Positions 47,504 through 57,985 are shown, numbered from the stretch's first letter. The stretch is 64,000 bases of DNA from Dehalococcoidia bacterium (GCA_965262725.1 OZ253555.1:448001-512000), one strand, 5' to 3'. Notes: a model not told the origin generated them from the sequence alone. Numbers and translations: made by a program.

Positions 47504-48016
47504 TCAGAAGGGAAGGTAGGCGTACTCGTGGTGCCCGAGCGCGACGCCGAGGGCGAGCACCGCGAGGGAGACCGCGACCGTCGCGCCGGAGACCCAGAGC
47601 GAGCGCCGCCGGAGGGACTGCAGCTCCGCATCCCCGCCGCCGGTCGTCCCCGCCGCGTCGAGGGCGCGCTGGATGCGCGGCCCGAGCCAGGCGGCGTGGA
47701 GGGCGATCAACGCAATCAGGACGAGGAAGAGCGTCATCTTCGCCATGAAGAGGGGGCCGAAGCGGAAGTCCGCCATCTCCTCCTGCACCGCCACGGGCAC
47801 GACCTCGTAGAACTGGTAGAGGCCGGTAATGGTCAGCGCGACGAGGGAGACGCCGGCGATCATCGCGAAGCGCCGGGTGACGATGCGCGTCACGCGGCTC
47901 CGGTCGCTGTCGGGGAGCTGCTGCGTCGCCGGGACCACGGCGAGGAAGAGCAGGAGCTGCGGGCCGACCAGGGCCGCGGCCGCCGTGACGTGCAGGATCA
48001 GCGAGAGGGTCTCCAT
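47504..48016 (-). CDS. CopD/DUF4149-like four-helix membrane protein
   Basis: ILHVTAAAALVG, LTITGLYQ, KMTLFLVLIALIALHAAWLGPR. Confidence 0.75.
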   Translation of the reverse strand: METLSLILHVTAAAALVGPQLLLFLAVVPATQQLPDSDRSRVTRIVTRRFAMIAGVSLVALTITGLYQFYEVVPVAVQEEMADFRFGPLFMAKMTLFLVLIALIALHAAWLGPRIQRALDAAGTTGGGDAELQSLRRRSLWVSGATVAVSLAVLALGVALGHHEYAYLPF

Positions 48017-48042
48017 CGGCTGCTGTCTCCCTTCCCGGGTCT

Positions 48043-49359
48043 CTAGACGGCGCTCCCGAAGACGTCGCGGGTGACGATCGCCTGGTCGCGCTCCGGCCCG
48101 ACCGAGATCATGTCGACGGGGGCGCCGAGGATCTGCTCGATGCGCCTCACGAAGTGCCGCGCCTCCGTCGGGAGCGCGCCGAGCGAGCGCATGTCCGAGA
48201 CGTCGCGCTGCCAGCCGGGCAGCTCCTCGTAGATGGGCTTGAGCCGCTGCGTCGTGCTCAGCGAGGCGGGGAGCGTGCTGACGCGTCCGTCGTCGAGCTC
48301 GTAGGCGACGCAGATCTTCACGCGCTCGAAGCCGGAGAGCGTGTCGAGGCGCGTGAGCGCCACCGAGGTGATGCCGTTCAGCCGCGAGGTGTAGCGCGCG
48401 AGCACGCCGTCGAACCAGCCGCAGCGCCTGGGCCGGCCGGTCGTGGTGCCGTACTCGCCGGCTCCGCGCTCGGCTCCGTGGTTGCGCAGCCGCTCCGCGT
48501 TCTCGTCGAAGAGCTCGGTCGGCATCGGGCCGTTCCCGACCCGCGTCTGGTACGCCTTGTAGACCCCGACCACGCGCTCGATCGCCGTAGGTCCGAGCCC
48601 GATCCCGATAGAGGCGCCGCCCGCGACCGACCCCGGCACGGAGGAGGTGACGAAGGGGTAGGTGCCGGCGTCGAGGTCGAGGAGCGCCCCCTGCGCCCCC
48701 TCGAGCAGGATGCGCTCCCCCTGCTCGTGGGCTCGCTGCACCACGTCGGCCGAGTCGGCGACCCAGGGCCGGAGCCGGGCGCCGAGCTCTGAGTACTCCT
48801 CGTAGATCTCCTCGGCGTCGAGGGGCGGGGCGTCGTAGAGGCGCTCGAACACGTAGTTGTAGTGCTTTAGCTGGGCGTCGAGCCGGTGGCGGAAGAGCTC
48901 GGGCGTGACGAGGTCGATCATGCGGATGCCGGCCCGCCTCGCCTTGTCGACGAAGGCTGGCCCGGTGCCGGTTCCGGTGGTGCCGAGGGCGCCGTCGCCG
49001 CGCAGCTTCTCCTCGTACTGATCGAGGAGTGGATGCCACGGCATCACGACGTGCGCGCGGTCGGAGATCACCAGCCGCGACGTGTCGACGCCGCGCTCCT
49101 CCAGCATCGCTACCTCGTCGATCAGGGAGCCGGGGTGGATCACGACGCCGTTCCCGATCACGCAGGTCTTGTCGCCGTAGAAGATGCCCGCCGGAACCAG
49201 GTGCAACGCGAAGCGCCCGAGCTGGTTGACGATGGTGTGGCCGGCGTTGGTCCCGGCCGAGTAGCGTGCGATGACGGAGCAGCTGCGCGCGTGGTAGTCG
49301 ACCACGCGACCCTTGCCCTCGTCGCCCCACTGCCCGCCGATCACAACGACGGCTGGCAT
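48043..49359 (-). CDS. purA: Adenylosuccinate synthase
   Basis: GGQWGDEGKG, NAGHT, LEGAQG..LD..GTYPFVTSS, EYGTTTGRPRRCGWFD. Confidence 0.96.
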   Translation of the reverse strand: MPAVVVIGGQWGDEGKGRVVDYHARSCSVIARYSAGTNAGHTIVNQLGRFALHLVPAGIFYGDKTCVIGNGVVIHPGSLIDEVAMLEERGVDTSRLVISDRAHVVMPWHPLLDQYEEKLRGDGALGTTGTGTGPAFVDKARRAGIRMIDLVTPELFRHRLDAQLKHYNYVFERLYDAPPLDAEEIYEEYSELGARLRPWVADSADVVQRAHEQGERILLEGAQGALLDLDAGTYPFVTSSVPGSVAGGASIGIGLGPTAIERVVGVYKAYQTRVGNGPMPTELFDENAERLRNHGAERGAGEYGTTTGRPRRCGWFDGVLARYTSRLNGITSVALTRLDTLSGFERVKICVAYELDDGRVSTLPASLSTTQRLKPIYEELPGWQRDVSDMRSLGALPTEARHFVRRIEQILGAPVDMISVGPERDQAIVTRDVFGSAV

Positions 49360-49563
49360 CGGCATCTCCCCGGTTCGACGCGTCCCGGACCCAGGCGTGA
49401 GGTGGCTCCCGCGCGGCGTCGGGAGGGCCAGCCGCCCCGCTCCGCCGCGCGCCGCCGGCGCGCCCGTTTGCGGCGTCGGCCTGCCGGGGAGGATCATACA
49501 TGCGCGGAGCCGCACCGGCCCGTGCCACCGGGCGCGGACGACGTCCGCCAGCAAGGGGGCACG

Positions 49564-50319
49564 GTGACCGGACCCGCCCTCTCATGTCTTCTCGCGTTGG
49601 CCGCAGCGCTCGCGATCGGTGCCGTGACCTCCTGCGGGGGCGGCGACCCGCCTCCGACGAGCCCGCTCGCCGAGACGCCGTCACCGCCGCGGCCCGCGTC
49701 GCCGACGCCCGTCGCGCTCGCCTCGCCCACCCCGACCGCCGCTCCCGCCACGTCGACGCCCACCCCCACACCCCCACCAGCGGCGCCGGCCCCGGCCCCG
49801 ACGCCCGCCGCCACGCCGTCCCCGCCCGCTATCGAGATCGCGTCCGCCCGCGCGGTTGCCCTGATGGCGGAGTGGCTCGACGTCGCGGTTGCAGCCCTGG
49901 GCGTCGAGCGTGCCGAGGAGGTCGTGTGGCCGTCACGGTGCATCGGCATCGAGCGCCCGGGGACGCTCTGCAGTGATGCCCTGACTCCCGGCTACCTGGT
50001 GCGACTCAACGACCGGGCTGGCGGCGCGCACACGCTGCATATGCGCGGCGCCGGTGGCGGCGTGGAGTGGGCGGGCGAGGAGCGCTTCACGGGCGTCGTC
50101 GTGTTCACGGACGGTCCCGGCTCGCTCCTCATCATCGCCGTCGACGGCGTTCCGACCCCATTCCGGATCGTCCCCGGGAGCACCCGGCTGAACGAGGATC
50201 CCGGCGCATCCACCCGGCCGGAGGCCGTTGCCGTGGGAGCGGAGGTCGAGTTCGCCGTCGATCCCAACCCGAGGGGCGACGGTCCGGCGGTGATCGCATG
50301 GCTCGTCGACCTCACGTAG
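49564..50319 (+). CDS. Hypothetical lipoprotein with Pro/Thr linker
   Basis: Lipobox AVTSC, PT-rich linker, WPSRCIGIERPGTLCSDALTPGY motif. Confidence 0.7.
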   Translation: MTGPALSCLLALAAALAIGAVTSCGGGDPPPTSPLAETPSPPRPASPTPVALASPTPTAAPATSTPTPTPPPAAPAPAPTPAATPSPPAIEIASARAVALMAEWLDVAVAALGVERAEEVVWPSRCIGIERPGTLCSDALTPGYLVRLNDRAGGAHTLHMRGAGGGVEWAGEERFTGVVVFTDGPGSLLIIAVDGVPTPFRIVPGSTRLNEDPGASTRPEAVAVGAEVEFAVDPNPRGDGPAVIAWLVDLT

Positions 50320-50903
50320 CGGCGGGAGAGCCTGCCGCCTCTGGCGCACGCACGTCGTGGGCTAAGGTCGCCGCCGCGCTTCGCCCCGGATCACCCATCG
50401 TCGAGGTGAAGCGGCGCGTGGACGGGAGCGTCGAGCGTTTCCGCTGCGAGTTCGTGCGCGCGACGGCGTCTGAGGCGGTGATCCTCTACCGGCTCCGCCG
50501 CCCGGCCTGGGGTCTCCCGGCGCCGCTTCTCTCCTACGGCTTCTTCTGGCCCCGGCGGCCGTATATCTGCTACCGCTTCGTACGCCCGGCGGACGGCGCC
50601 GAGGTGGCGTCCCGATTCGATGTGGTCGGGCGCGTGGAACTCGTGCCGCCGCCCCCCGGCGGGGGATCCGCCGAGGTTCGGTTCGAGGACCTGCTGCTCG
50701 ACCTCTGGGTGCGCCCGGGGGCAGGCCCCCGCGAGGGCGACGAGCTTCGCTGGGAGGACGAGGAGGAATTCGAGGCCGCGCTCGCCGAAGGCAGGATCGC
50801 CCCCGAGGCGGCCGCGCGGGTCATCCGCTCCCGCGAGGTCCTCCTCCGCAACCAGAGGCGGCTGCGCTCCATGCTCGGTGCGGAGCTCGAGCGCCTAGCG
50901 TAG
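50298..50903 (+). CDS. DUF402-like protein
   Basis: SYGFFWPRRPYICY, FEDLLLDLWV, EDEEEFEAA; start uncertain. Confidence 0.7.
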   Translation: MARRPHVAAGEPAASGARTSWAKVAAALRPGSPIVEVKRRVDGSVERFRCEFVRATASEAVILYRLRRPAWGLPAPLLSYGFFWPRRPYICYRFVRPADGAEVASRFDVVGRVELVPPPPGGGSAEVRFEDLLLDLWVRPGAGPREGDELRWEDEEEFEAALAEGRIAPEAAARVIRSREVLLRNQRRLRSMLGAELERLA

Positions 50904-50904
50904 G

Positions 50905-51120
50905 AGGCGCGGCGAGTAGGTAACTGCCCCAGTTATCCCTTGGAACGAGGCGTTCGATAGGGTCACCGCAGCCCACTTGACCAGTTGATCGGTCATGTTG
51001 GCGTGATCCACGCGTGTCTGGTCACCGACCGCCGCAAAGTGCGCCACCGCGTGTGACTGCTCCGGGCGGAAGTCGGTCACGCGTCCCCGGGGCGCTCGTA
51101 GAGGGAGAACCAATGGCGCT
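50905..51120. ncRNA. Candidate structured non-coding RNA (6S-like?)
   Basis: Intergenic between convergent genes, lower GC, several stems found by eye; family not confirmed. Confidence 0.3.
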
Positions 51121-51180
51121 CTTGCTCTCGCCACCCCAACACAGCCTCGCACCGTCCCTTCTTGCCGGACGGCCCGTCCC

Positions 51181-52071
51181 CTACGGCCGGGCGGATCCCT
51201 CTTCGCCCGTGGTGCGTCGGGCGCGCCGCACGCTGCGGCGGTCGACGCGGTTGCCGTCGGTCTCGCCGGACCAGCGGCCGGCGGCGCGCACGCGCTCCCA
51301 CTCCGCGATCACAGATCGTGCCGCCTCGATGCGCCCGGGGTCGGGCGTGAAGAGCGCGTTCACGCCCCGCGCCTCGCTCTCGGAGGTGATCACGCTGCCC
51401 GCCGCTCCCAGGTCGCGGGCGCGAGTGGCGAGCGCCTGGCGCACGGTGGGACCCGCGTCGGGGGCACCCAGGATCCACGGCAACTCCGCGACCCCGGCTG
51501 CGAGAGCAGCCTGGGCCATGATGTGGTCGAGGAGCGCCCAGACGGCATCGCGCGAGACGCCGGAGGCGGCCGCCGGGGTCGTCGCTCCGAGTTCGGAGGC
51601 GATCGCGAGCGGTGCGAGCACGACGGCGACGTGGCGGTCGACCGCTGTCAGGATCTGCGGCAGCGCGGCCAGGCCCGCTGCCGAGTCGATCTCGCAGAGC
51701 AGCCGGACCTGACCGGGGACGATTCCGCGCCGCATCTCGCGCCGCCGGATGGCGACATCGGCGTCTCGCGCGTCCTGTGGTTCCTCGCAGGCGGCAAGCA
51801 CCACCGCGGCGGTCGATTCCGAGACCGCGGCGTCGAGGTCGGCGCCGAGTTCCCCCGAGCGGGAGTCTGAGGTGCGCGCAAGCACCGGGCGTCCCGATTC
51901 CGCGAGTGCGGAGCGGTGGCGTCGAATCGCGCGTCGCGCGCGCGCGCGGCCGCGCGTCGTCGCGTCGTCGTCGAGGTCGATGAGCACGGCGTCCGCGGCC
52001 GTGGCACGCGTCGCCTCGTACGGTGCGTCTGCGCCGCCCGCAAGTCGCAGCAGGCTGCGGAGCGCGCTCAC
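51181..52071 (-). CDS. CitE/HpcH aldolase-citrate lyase family protein, degenerate active site
   Basis: LRSLL, ADAVLIDLDD, ARDLGAAG, VNALFTP..IEAARSVI, GNRVDR. Confidence 0.75.
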   Translation of the reverse strand: MSALRSLLRLAGGADAPYEATRATAADAVLIDLDDDATTRGRARARRAIRRHRSALAESGRPVLARTSDSRSGELGADLDAAVSESTAAVVLAACEEPQDARDADVAIRRREMRRGIVPGQVRLLCEIDSAAGLAALPQILTAVDRHVAVVLAPLAIASELGATTPAAASGVSRDAVWALLDHIMAQAALAAGVAELPWILGAPDAGPTVRQALATRARDLGAAGSVITSESEARGVNALFTPDPGRIEAARSVIAEWERVRAAGRWSGETDGNRVDRRSVRRARRTTGEEGSARP

Positions 52072-53396
52072 GAGGCGAGGATCGCGTCGAGGCGGTCGGC
52101 GGAGGCCGAGGGGCCGACCACGGCGAGGGCCGGCGGCGCGGCGAAGAGAGCTGCGGCGACGCGCTGGACGTCCCGGGCGCTCACCGCCCGCAGCGCGGCC
52201 ACCGAGTCCTCGACGCGCTCGATCTCGCCGTCCTGCAGGAGCTGGTCCCCGAGGCGCTGGCCGACGGCCATCGGGGTCTCGAGCGAGAGGCGGAATCCCC
52301 CGACGGCGTAGTCGATGGTGCGGCGGAGCTCCTCCTCCCCCACCGGTTCGGCGACGAGCCGGTGGAGCTCTGCCACGATCACCTCCAGCGCCTCTTCCTG
52401 GTGCTCGCGCGTCACCCCCGCCGTGATCGCGACCGCGCCGATGTCGCGGAGGCGACCCACACGCGCCGCGACGGAGTAGGCGAGGCCGCGCCGCTCGCGC
52501 ACCTCCTGGAAGAGCCGCGACGACATGCCGCGCCCGAGGAGCGTGACGAGCACCTCCAGGGCGTAGCGATCGGGATCGCGCCGCCCGCCGCACTGCACGG
52601 CGAGGGCGAGGTTGACCTGCTCGATGTCGCGCTCCTCGACGCGGATGCGCTCCTCCGGGAGGCCCGGGGTCGCCGCTTCGACGGGGAGGCGCGGGCCGGG
52701 GGCGAGCTCTGTGAAATGCCGAGCTGCCTCCTCGACGACGGCTGAGTGCTCGATGTTGCCCGCGACCGAGAGCACGGCGTTCCCCCCTGTGTAGTGGGAG
52801 TCGATGTGTGAGGCGAGCTCGCCACGGTCGATGGCGGCCACCGTCTCGAGCGTGCCGGCGACCGGCCGGCCCACCGGCTGGTCGCCGAACGTGACCCTCT
52901 GCAGCAGCTCGCCGGTCCAGGCCGTCGGGTTGTCGTGCGCGCGGCGGATCTCCTGCTGCACGACTGTGCGCTCGCGCTCCACCTCCTCGGAGGCGAGGAG
53001 CGAGTGCTGGATCATGTCCGCGAGCACCTCGATGCCCGTCTCCCAGCGCTCGAAGGGGAGGCGGTTCCAGTAGCAGGTCAGCTCGCGCGTGGTGAAGGCG
53101 TTCAGTCCCCCGCCGGCGCCCTCGACGGCCTCGCTGATCTCGGGCGCCGTGGGGCGATTCTCCGTCCCCTTGAAGAGCATGTGCTCCAGGTAGTGCGAGA
53201 CGCCGCCCACCTCGGGGCGCTCCGCCCGCGAGCCGACGCCGACGAAGAAGGAGACGGAGGCGGACTGCGCGGTCGGCACGCTCGACGTGATCACCCGCAG
53301 CCCGCCATCAAGTACGGTGAGGTCGTAGGAATCGGGAGCGGATCGCGTGGAGGGTCCGGCCGCGCCGGCAGGCGTCCTCGGGGGGAGATCGGGCAC
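52068..53396 (-). CDS. M16 (pitrilysin-family) zinc peptidase
   Basis: VGSRAE, HYLEHMLFKGT, NAFT, GMSSRLFQEVRERRGLAYSV. Confidence 0.95.
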   Translation of the reverse strand: MPDLPPRTPAGAAGPSTRSAPDSYDLTVLDGGLRVITSSVPTAQSASVSFFVGVGSRAERPEVGGVSHYLEHMLFKGTENRPTAPEISEAVEGAGGGLNAFTTRELTCYWNRLPFERWETGIEVLADMIQHSLLASEEVERERTVVQQEIRRAHDNPTAWTGELLQRVTFGDQPVGRPVAGTLETVAAIDRGELASHIDSHYTGGNAVLSVAGNIEHSAVVEEAARHFTELAPGPRLPVEAATPGLPEERIRVEERDIEQVNLALAVQCGGRRDPDRYALEVLVTLLGRGMSSRLFQEVRERRGLAYSVAARVGRLRDIGAVAITAGVTREHQEEALEVIVAELHRLVAEPVGEEELRRTIDYAVGGFRLSLETPMAVGQRLGDQLLQDGEIERVEDSVAALRAVSARDVQRVAAALFAAPPALAVVGPSASADRLDAILAS

Positions 53397-53525
53397 GGCT
53401 GCTCGCTTCTCTGTGGCTCGCCCGGGCGGGCGACGCCGGACGCGCGGGTTCCGTCAGGCTAGGGCCGCCCTCGGCGTGGCGGCAAGCCGCCGGCGAGCCG
53501 GGTCGGCCGGGCGGTGGGGGTGGTC

Positions 53526-53918
53526 GTGATCGACGTCCGGATGAGCGACATTCTCGCGGAGCGGGCGCTCTCGGGTGAGATGCGCCTGCGCCTCGCCTAC
53601 GAGGCGGGGATGTGCGCCGGCGACGTTCTCAGGCGCGAGGGCTTTCGCGGCGAGGAGCTGCAGGCGATCCTCACCATGGTCAACGGCGAGCAGCGCCCGC
53701 ACGCGCATCCCCTGGCGGACGGCGACACGGTGGAGCTCGTCATCCCGATGGTGGGCGGGGGGCCGGAGCCGCCCGCGCCGCGGGACTCGTTGACAGGGCC
53801 GCGTGCCCTCGGGATGATGCCAGTGTCCCGCGGTCGGCCCCCGAAATCTCCCCCCGGCGGCGCGCAGCACTCCCCCGAGGTCGCGGCGTCCGCGGCTGAT
53901 GTGACTGGGGTGGGATGA
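53526..53918 (+). CDS. MoaD/ThiS ubiquitin-like protein with C-terminal extension
   Basis: VNGEQ..LADGDTVELVIPMVGGG, then about 51 extra low-complexity residues. Confidence 0.65.
   Translation: MIDVRMSDILAERALSGEMRLRLAYEAGMCAGDVLRREGFRGEELQAILTMVNGEQRPHAHPLADGDTVELVIPMVGGGPEPPAPRDSLTGPRALGMMPVSRGRPPKSPPGGAQHSPEVAASAADVTGVG
53790..53818 (+). promoter_or_regulatory. Sigma70-type promoter for pyrG
   Basis: TTGACA-17 nt-GATGAT. Confidence 0.6.
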
Positions 53919-55576
53919 CCAAGTACGTCTTCGTCACGGGCGGCGTCGTGAGCTCCGTGGGGAAGGGAATCGTCACCGCCTCGCTGGGGCGGATCCTCAA
54001 GTCGAGCGGGCACTCCGTCTCCATTCTCAAGCTCGACCCCTACATCAACGTCGATCCCGGCACGATGTCCCCGTACCAGCACGGCGAGGTCTTCGTGACC
54101 GACGACGGCGCCGAGACCGACCTCGATCTCGGCCACTACGAGCGCTTCCTGGACACCGATTTCCTCGCCACCAACTCCACCTCGACCGGTCAGGTCTTCG
54201 AGGAGGTGATCCGCAAGGAGCGGCGCGGCGACTACCTCGGCGGGACGATCCAGGCGATCCCGCACATCACGAACGAGATCCGCCGCCGCATCCGGCTCGC
54301 GGGCCAGGCGCTCTCAGCCGAGATCGTGATCGTCGAGGTCGGCGGGACGGTCGGCGACATGGAGGGCCAGCCCTTCCTGGAGGCGATCAGCCAGGTCCGC
54401 TACGCGCTCCCCGAGCACGAGACGATGTCCATCCACGTCACGCTGCTGCCCTACATCCGGGCGACCCGCGAGCTGAAGACGAAGCCGACGCAGCACTCGG
54501 TCCGGGAGCTCCGCTCCTACGGCATCCAGCCCGACGTCCTGGTGACGCGCGCGGACGAGCCGGTCGACGAGGCGCTGCGCGAGAAGCTCTCGCTCTTCTG
54601 CAACGTCGAGAAGTCGACGGTGATCCCGCTCGAGACCGCCGACTCCATCTACGAGGTGCCTCTGATACTCGAGACGGCGGGGCTCTCCGGGATCGTGGCG
54701 CGCGCGCTCGCTCTCCCGGAGCGGCGCCCCGAGCTCGACCAGTGGCGCGCCTTCGTCGCCAGGCTGAGGCGCCCGGCCGAGGGCGTGCGCATCGCCATCG
54801 TCGGGAAGTACGTGGAGCTCCACGACGCCTACCTCTCGATCAAGGAGGCGCTCGTGCACGCCGCCGCGCACCACGAGGCCAGGCTCGAGCCGGTGTGGGT
54901 GCACTCGGAGGAGCTCGAGTCCCGCGATCCCGCCTCCGTGATCGGCGCCGTCGACGGCATCCTGCTCTGCCCGGGTTTCGGCGACCGGGGCCTGGAGGGG
55001 AAGATCGCCGCGGTGCGCCACGCCCGCGAGCAGCGCATCCCCTACCTCGGCGACTGCCTCGGGATGCAGATGCTCGTCTGCGAGTTCGCGCGCAACGTCG
55101 CCGGGATGCCCGAAGCGAACACGACCGAGGCCGACCCGCGCACGCCCTTCCCGGTGATCTCGCTCCTCTCCGAGCAGCAGGGCGTCCACGAGCTCGGCGG
55201 CACGATGCGGCTCGGGGGCTACGACTGCCGGCTGGTCCCCGGGACGCACGCCCACGCCGCCTACGGGCGGGACGTGGTCAGGGAGCGCCACCGCCACCGC
55301 TACGAGGTGAACGGCGCCCTCTTCGGGGCGCTCGAGCGGCACGGGCTGCGCGCCGCCGGCCACACGCTCGACGGGCAGCTCGTCGAGATCGTGGAAGTCG
55401 TCGACCATCCCTGGATGGTGGGGGCGCAGTTCCACCCGGAGTTCACCTCGCGTCCCGGGCGGCCCAACCCGCTCTTCCGCGACTTCGTGGGCGCGGCGCT
55501 GGAGCGGGCGCGCGGGGGCGGTCATGCGCAGGTCGTCGCGGCCGCGTCCGAGGGGCGCGAGGTCCCGAGCGCGTGA
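53915..55576 (+). CDS. pyrG: CTP synthase
   Basis: KYVFVTGGVVSSVGKG, KLDPYINVDPGTMSPYQHGEV, KTKPTQHSV, CLGMQ, ERHRHRYE, QFHPEF. Confidence 0.97.
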   Translation: MTKYVFVTGGVVSSVGKGIVTASLGRILKSSGHSVSILKLDPYINVDPGTMSPYQHGEVFVTDDGAETDLDLGHYERFLDTDFLATNSTSTGQVFEEVIRKERRGDYLGGTIQAIPHITNEIRRRIRLAGQALSAEIVIVEVGGTVGDMEGQPFLEAISQVRYALPEHETMSIHVTLLPYIRATRELKTKPTQHSVRELRSYGIQPDVLVTRADEPVDEALREKLSLFCNVEKSTVIPLETADSIYEVPLILETAGLSGIVARALALPERRPELDQWRAFVARLRRPAEGVRIAIVGKYVELHDAYLSIKEALVHAAAHHEARLEPVWVHSEELESRDPASVIGAVDGILLCPGFGDRGLEGKIAAVRHAREQRIPYLGDCLGMQMLVCEFARNVAGMPEANTTEADPRTPFPVISLLSEQQGVHELGGTMRLGGYDCRLVPGTHAHAAYGRDVVRERHRHRYEVNGALFGALERHGLRAAGHTLDGQLVEIVEVVDHPWMVGAQFHPEFTSRPGRPNPLFRDFVGAALERARGGGHAQVVAAASEGREVPSA

Positions 55577-56037
55577 CGCTCAGGCTTCTCCACCTGCTCG
55601 CGCTGTTCTGGATGATGGGCGGACTCGGGGCCACCATGATCCCGCTCTGGCGGGCGTGGCGCACCGCCGCCCTCGAGGAGCGGACGCAGCTTCTGGTGCA
55701 GGCGCGCGGCAACCAGGTGCTCTGGCTGGTGCCGGGGATGATCGCGGCCGCGGTCACCGGCTTCGCGTGGGCGGCCGCCGACGACTGGAACCCCATCACC
55801 ACCGGGTGGCTGGTGGCGCTCGAGGCCGTCTTCGCCCTCGACATCCTGCTCTTCCTGCCGCTTCTGGCGGTGGGGCTCAGGCGGGTGGAGCTGCTCGCTC
55901 GCATCGCGCGCCGCGACGGCGTCGAGTCGGAGGAGCTACGCGACGCGCTCGCCGACAACGTGCCGGTGGTGTTCGGCACGCTGATCGTGGTGACGGTGCC
56001 GCTGATGACGTGGCTCCCGGTGGCGAAGCCCTTCTGA
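55573..56037 (+). CDS. DUF2269-like membrane protein
   Basis: LRLLHLL start, four TM helices, C-terminal WLPVAKPF. Confidence 0.75.
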   Translation: MTLRLLHLLALFWMMGGLGATMIPLWRAWRTAALEERTQLLVQARGNQVLWLVPGMIAAAVTGFAWAAADDWNPITTGWLVALEAVFALDILLFLPLLAVGLRRVELLARIARRDGVESEELRDALADNVPVVFGTLIVVTVPLMTWLPVAKPF

Positions 56038-56168
56038 GGCGACGGCTCGGGGCGCCGCGCCGCCCTCCCTTGTGAGTGGGCGGGCCGAGTGGGTATGATG
56101 CGCTCCTAGGCAGCTTCCTGCCGGTCGCGTCCTTCATGCCCTCGGACCCGAAGCGAACTGCGTGGCAT

Positions 56169-57788
56169 ATGGTCGACACCCCTTCACACGGGAATGTTGA
56201 GACGTCGGCTGATGCCGAGGTCGGGAGCGCTGGATCCCCGCGCGACCCGGCGAACATCTCGCCGCCCGGCGGTGAGTCGAGTGCGGAGCGAAGTCCCATG
56301 GTGAACGAGAACGGCGACGGTCGAAGCGAGGTTGGCGAGCCGGAAGCTCCGTCGACCGCAGGCACGAGCAGCGTGCGGGAGCGGGCTACCCGCGGGACGC
56401 GCCGGCCCGGCCGACCGCCGCGTGGCCGCGGATCCCGCAACGGCCGCGAGGTGCGGGATCCGCGCTTGCTGCGCGACGACATGCCCGACGAGGAGGAGTA
56501 CGCCGCACCGCGCGCATCGGACGTGCCGCCGCTCAACATCGCCGATCTGGAGCGGCAGGGGCGCGATCAGCTGATCGTCCTCGCCGAGAGCCTCGAGGTC
56601 GGCGAGGCGGCCGCGATGTCGAAGCCGGAGCTGATATTCCGGATCCTGCAGCGCCAGGCGGCGCGCAACGGGACCATCTACTCGGGCGGCGTGCTCGCGG
56701 TCGTCGACGACGGCTTCGGCTTCCTCCGGGGCGATCGTTTCGTGCCGGGACCGAGCGACGTCTACGTCTCGCAGTCGCAGGTGCGCCGCTTCGGACTGCG
56801 CTCCGGCGACTACGTCACCGGGCAGGTGCGGCAGCCGAAGGATCAGGAGAAGTACTACGGGCTGCTGAGGGTGGAGGCCGTCAACGGCATCGACCCGGAG
56901 CAGGCGAAGAGGCGCCCCAACTTCGAGGACCTCACGCCGATCTTCCCGAACCGCAAGCTCCAGCTCGAGACGCGCCCGGACGAGCTCTCGCAGCGCCTCG
57001 TCGACCTCTTCGCGCCCGTGGGCCGCGGGCAGCGCGCGCTCATCGTCTCCCCGCCCAAGGCCGGCAAGACGATGCTGCTTAAGTCCATCGCACACGGCAT
57101 CACCGCGAACCACCCCGACATCCACCTCATGGTGCTGCTCATCGGCGAGCGGCCCGAGGAGGTGACGGACATGCAGCGCTCCGTGCGCGGCGAGGTGGTT
57201 GCCTCGACCTTCGATGAGCCGGTCGAGGATCACACGCGCGTCTCGGAGGTCGCGCTCGAGCGGGCGAAGCGCCTGGTCGAGGGCGGGACCGACGTCGTCA
57301 TCCTGATGGACTCGGTGACGAGGCTCGCGCGCGCCTACAACCTCGCGATGCCGACCAGCGGCCGCACGCTCTCCGGCGGCATGGACCCGATCGCGCTCTA
57401 CCCGCCGAAGCGGTTCTTCGGCGCCGCGCGCAACACGGAGGAGGGCGGGTCGCTGACCATCATCGCGACCTGCCTGGTCGAGACCGGATCGCGCATGGAC
57501 GACGTGATCTTCGAGGAGTTCAAGGGCACCGGGAACATGGAGGTGCGGCTGGTCAGGCGCCTCGCCGAGAAGAGGGTCTACCCCGCCATCGACGTGCTCG
57601 CCTCCTCGACGCGGCGCGAGGACCTGCTCTTCAGCGAGGAGCAGCTGCGCCAGGTCTGGCTGCTGCGCCGCATGGCCTCGATGCTCGAGGACAACAACGA
57701 GGAGGCCACCGAGCGCGTGATCGATCGCGTCAGCCGCACCGAGAGCAACCAGGAGTTCCTCTCCACGCTCAAGACCGATCCCGTCTAG
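56169..57788 (+). CDS. rho: Transcription termination factor Rho with N-terminal extension
   Basis: [64 protein letters not shown]; start uncertain (56169 or 56298). Confidence 0.95.
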   Translation: MVDTPSHGNVETSADAEVGSAGSPRDPANISPPGGESSAERSPMVNENGDGRSEVGEPEAPSTAGTSSVRERATRGTRRPGRPPRGRGSRNGREVRDPRLLRDDMPDEEEYAAPRASDVPPLNIADLERQGRDQLIVLAESLEVGEAAAMSKPELIFRILQRQAARNGTIYSGGVLAVVDDGFGFLRGDRFVPGPSDVYVSQSQVRRFGLRSGDYVTGQVRQPKDQEKYYGLLRVEAVNGIDPEQAKRRPNFEDLTPIFPNRKLQLETRPDELSQRLVDLFAPVGRGQRALIVSPPKAGKTMLLKSIAHGITANHPDIHLMVLLIGERPEEVTDMQRSVRGEVVASTFDEPVEDHTRVSEVALERAKRLVEGGTDVVILMDSVTRLARAYNLAMPTSGRTLSGGMDPIALYPPKRFFGAARNTEEGGSLTIIATCLVETGSRMDDVIFEEFKGTGNMEVRLVRRLAEKRVYPAIDVLASSTRREDLLFSEEQLRQVWLLRRMASMLEDNNEEATERVIDRVSRTESNQEFLSTLKTDPV

Positions 57789-57845
57789 ACGCGGGAGTCC
57801 GTGCGTCCCGCAGCGCCGGCCGCCGGCGGGCGCATCCCGCCGCCG

Positions 57846-57985
57846 TGATACACTCGCGCCACCCCGACGCCTTGCGAAGGGCATCACAAGGTTGGCCGGG
57901 GACGGGAAATTCCTCCGGGGCGTGCTTCTTCTGCATGCTCCTGCACGGACCGGGGTAGACCGGCCGGTGCCGGAGGGAGGATCCG
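57846..57985 (+). promoter_or_regulatory. Extended -10 (TGATACACT) and structured 5' leader
   Basis: Hairpins GCCTT-GCGA-AGGGC and GGGGCGTGC/GCATGCTCC; anti-SD TTCCTCCGG (57910-57918) complementary to CCGGAGGGA (57970-57978). Confidence 0.5.

Noticed and set aside
50895-51152. 85-aa minus-strand ORF, or SRP/tmRNA/RNase P
   Set aside because: No protein motif; hallmark sequences of SRP (CAGG..GGAAGCAG), tmRNA and RNase P RNA not found.
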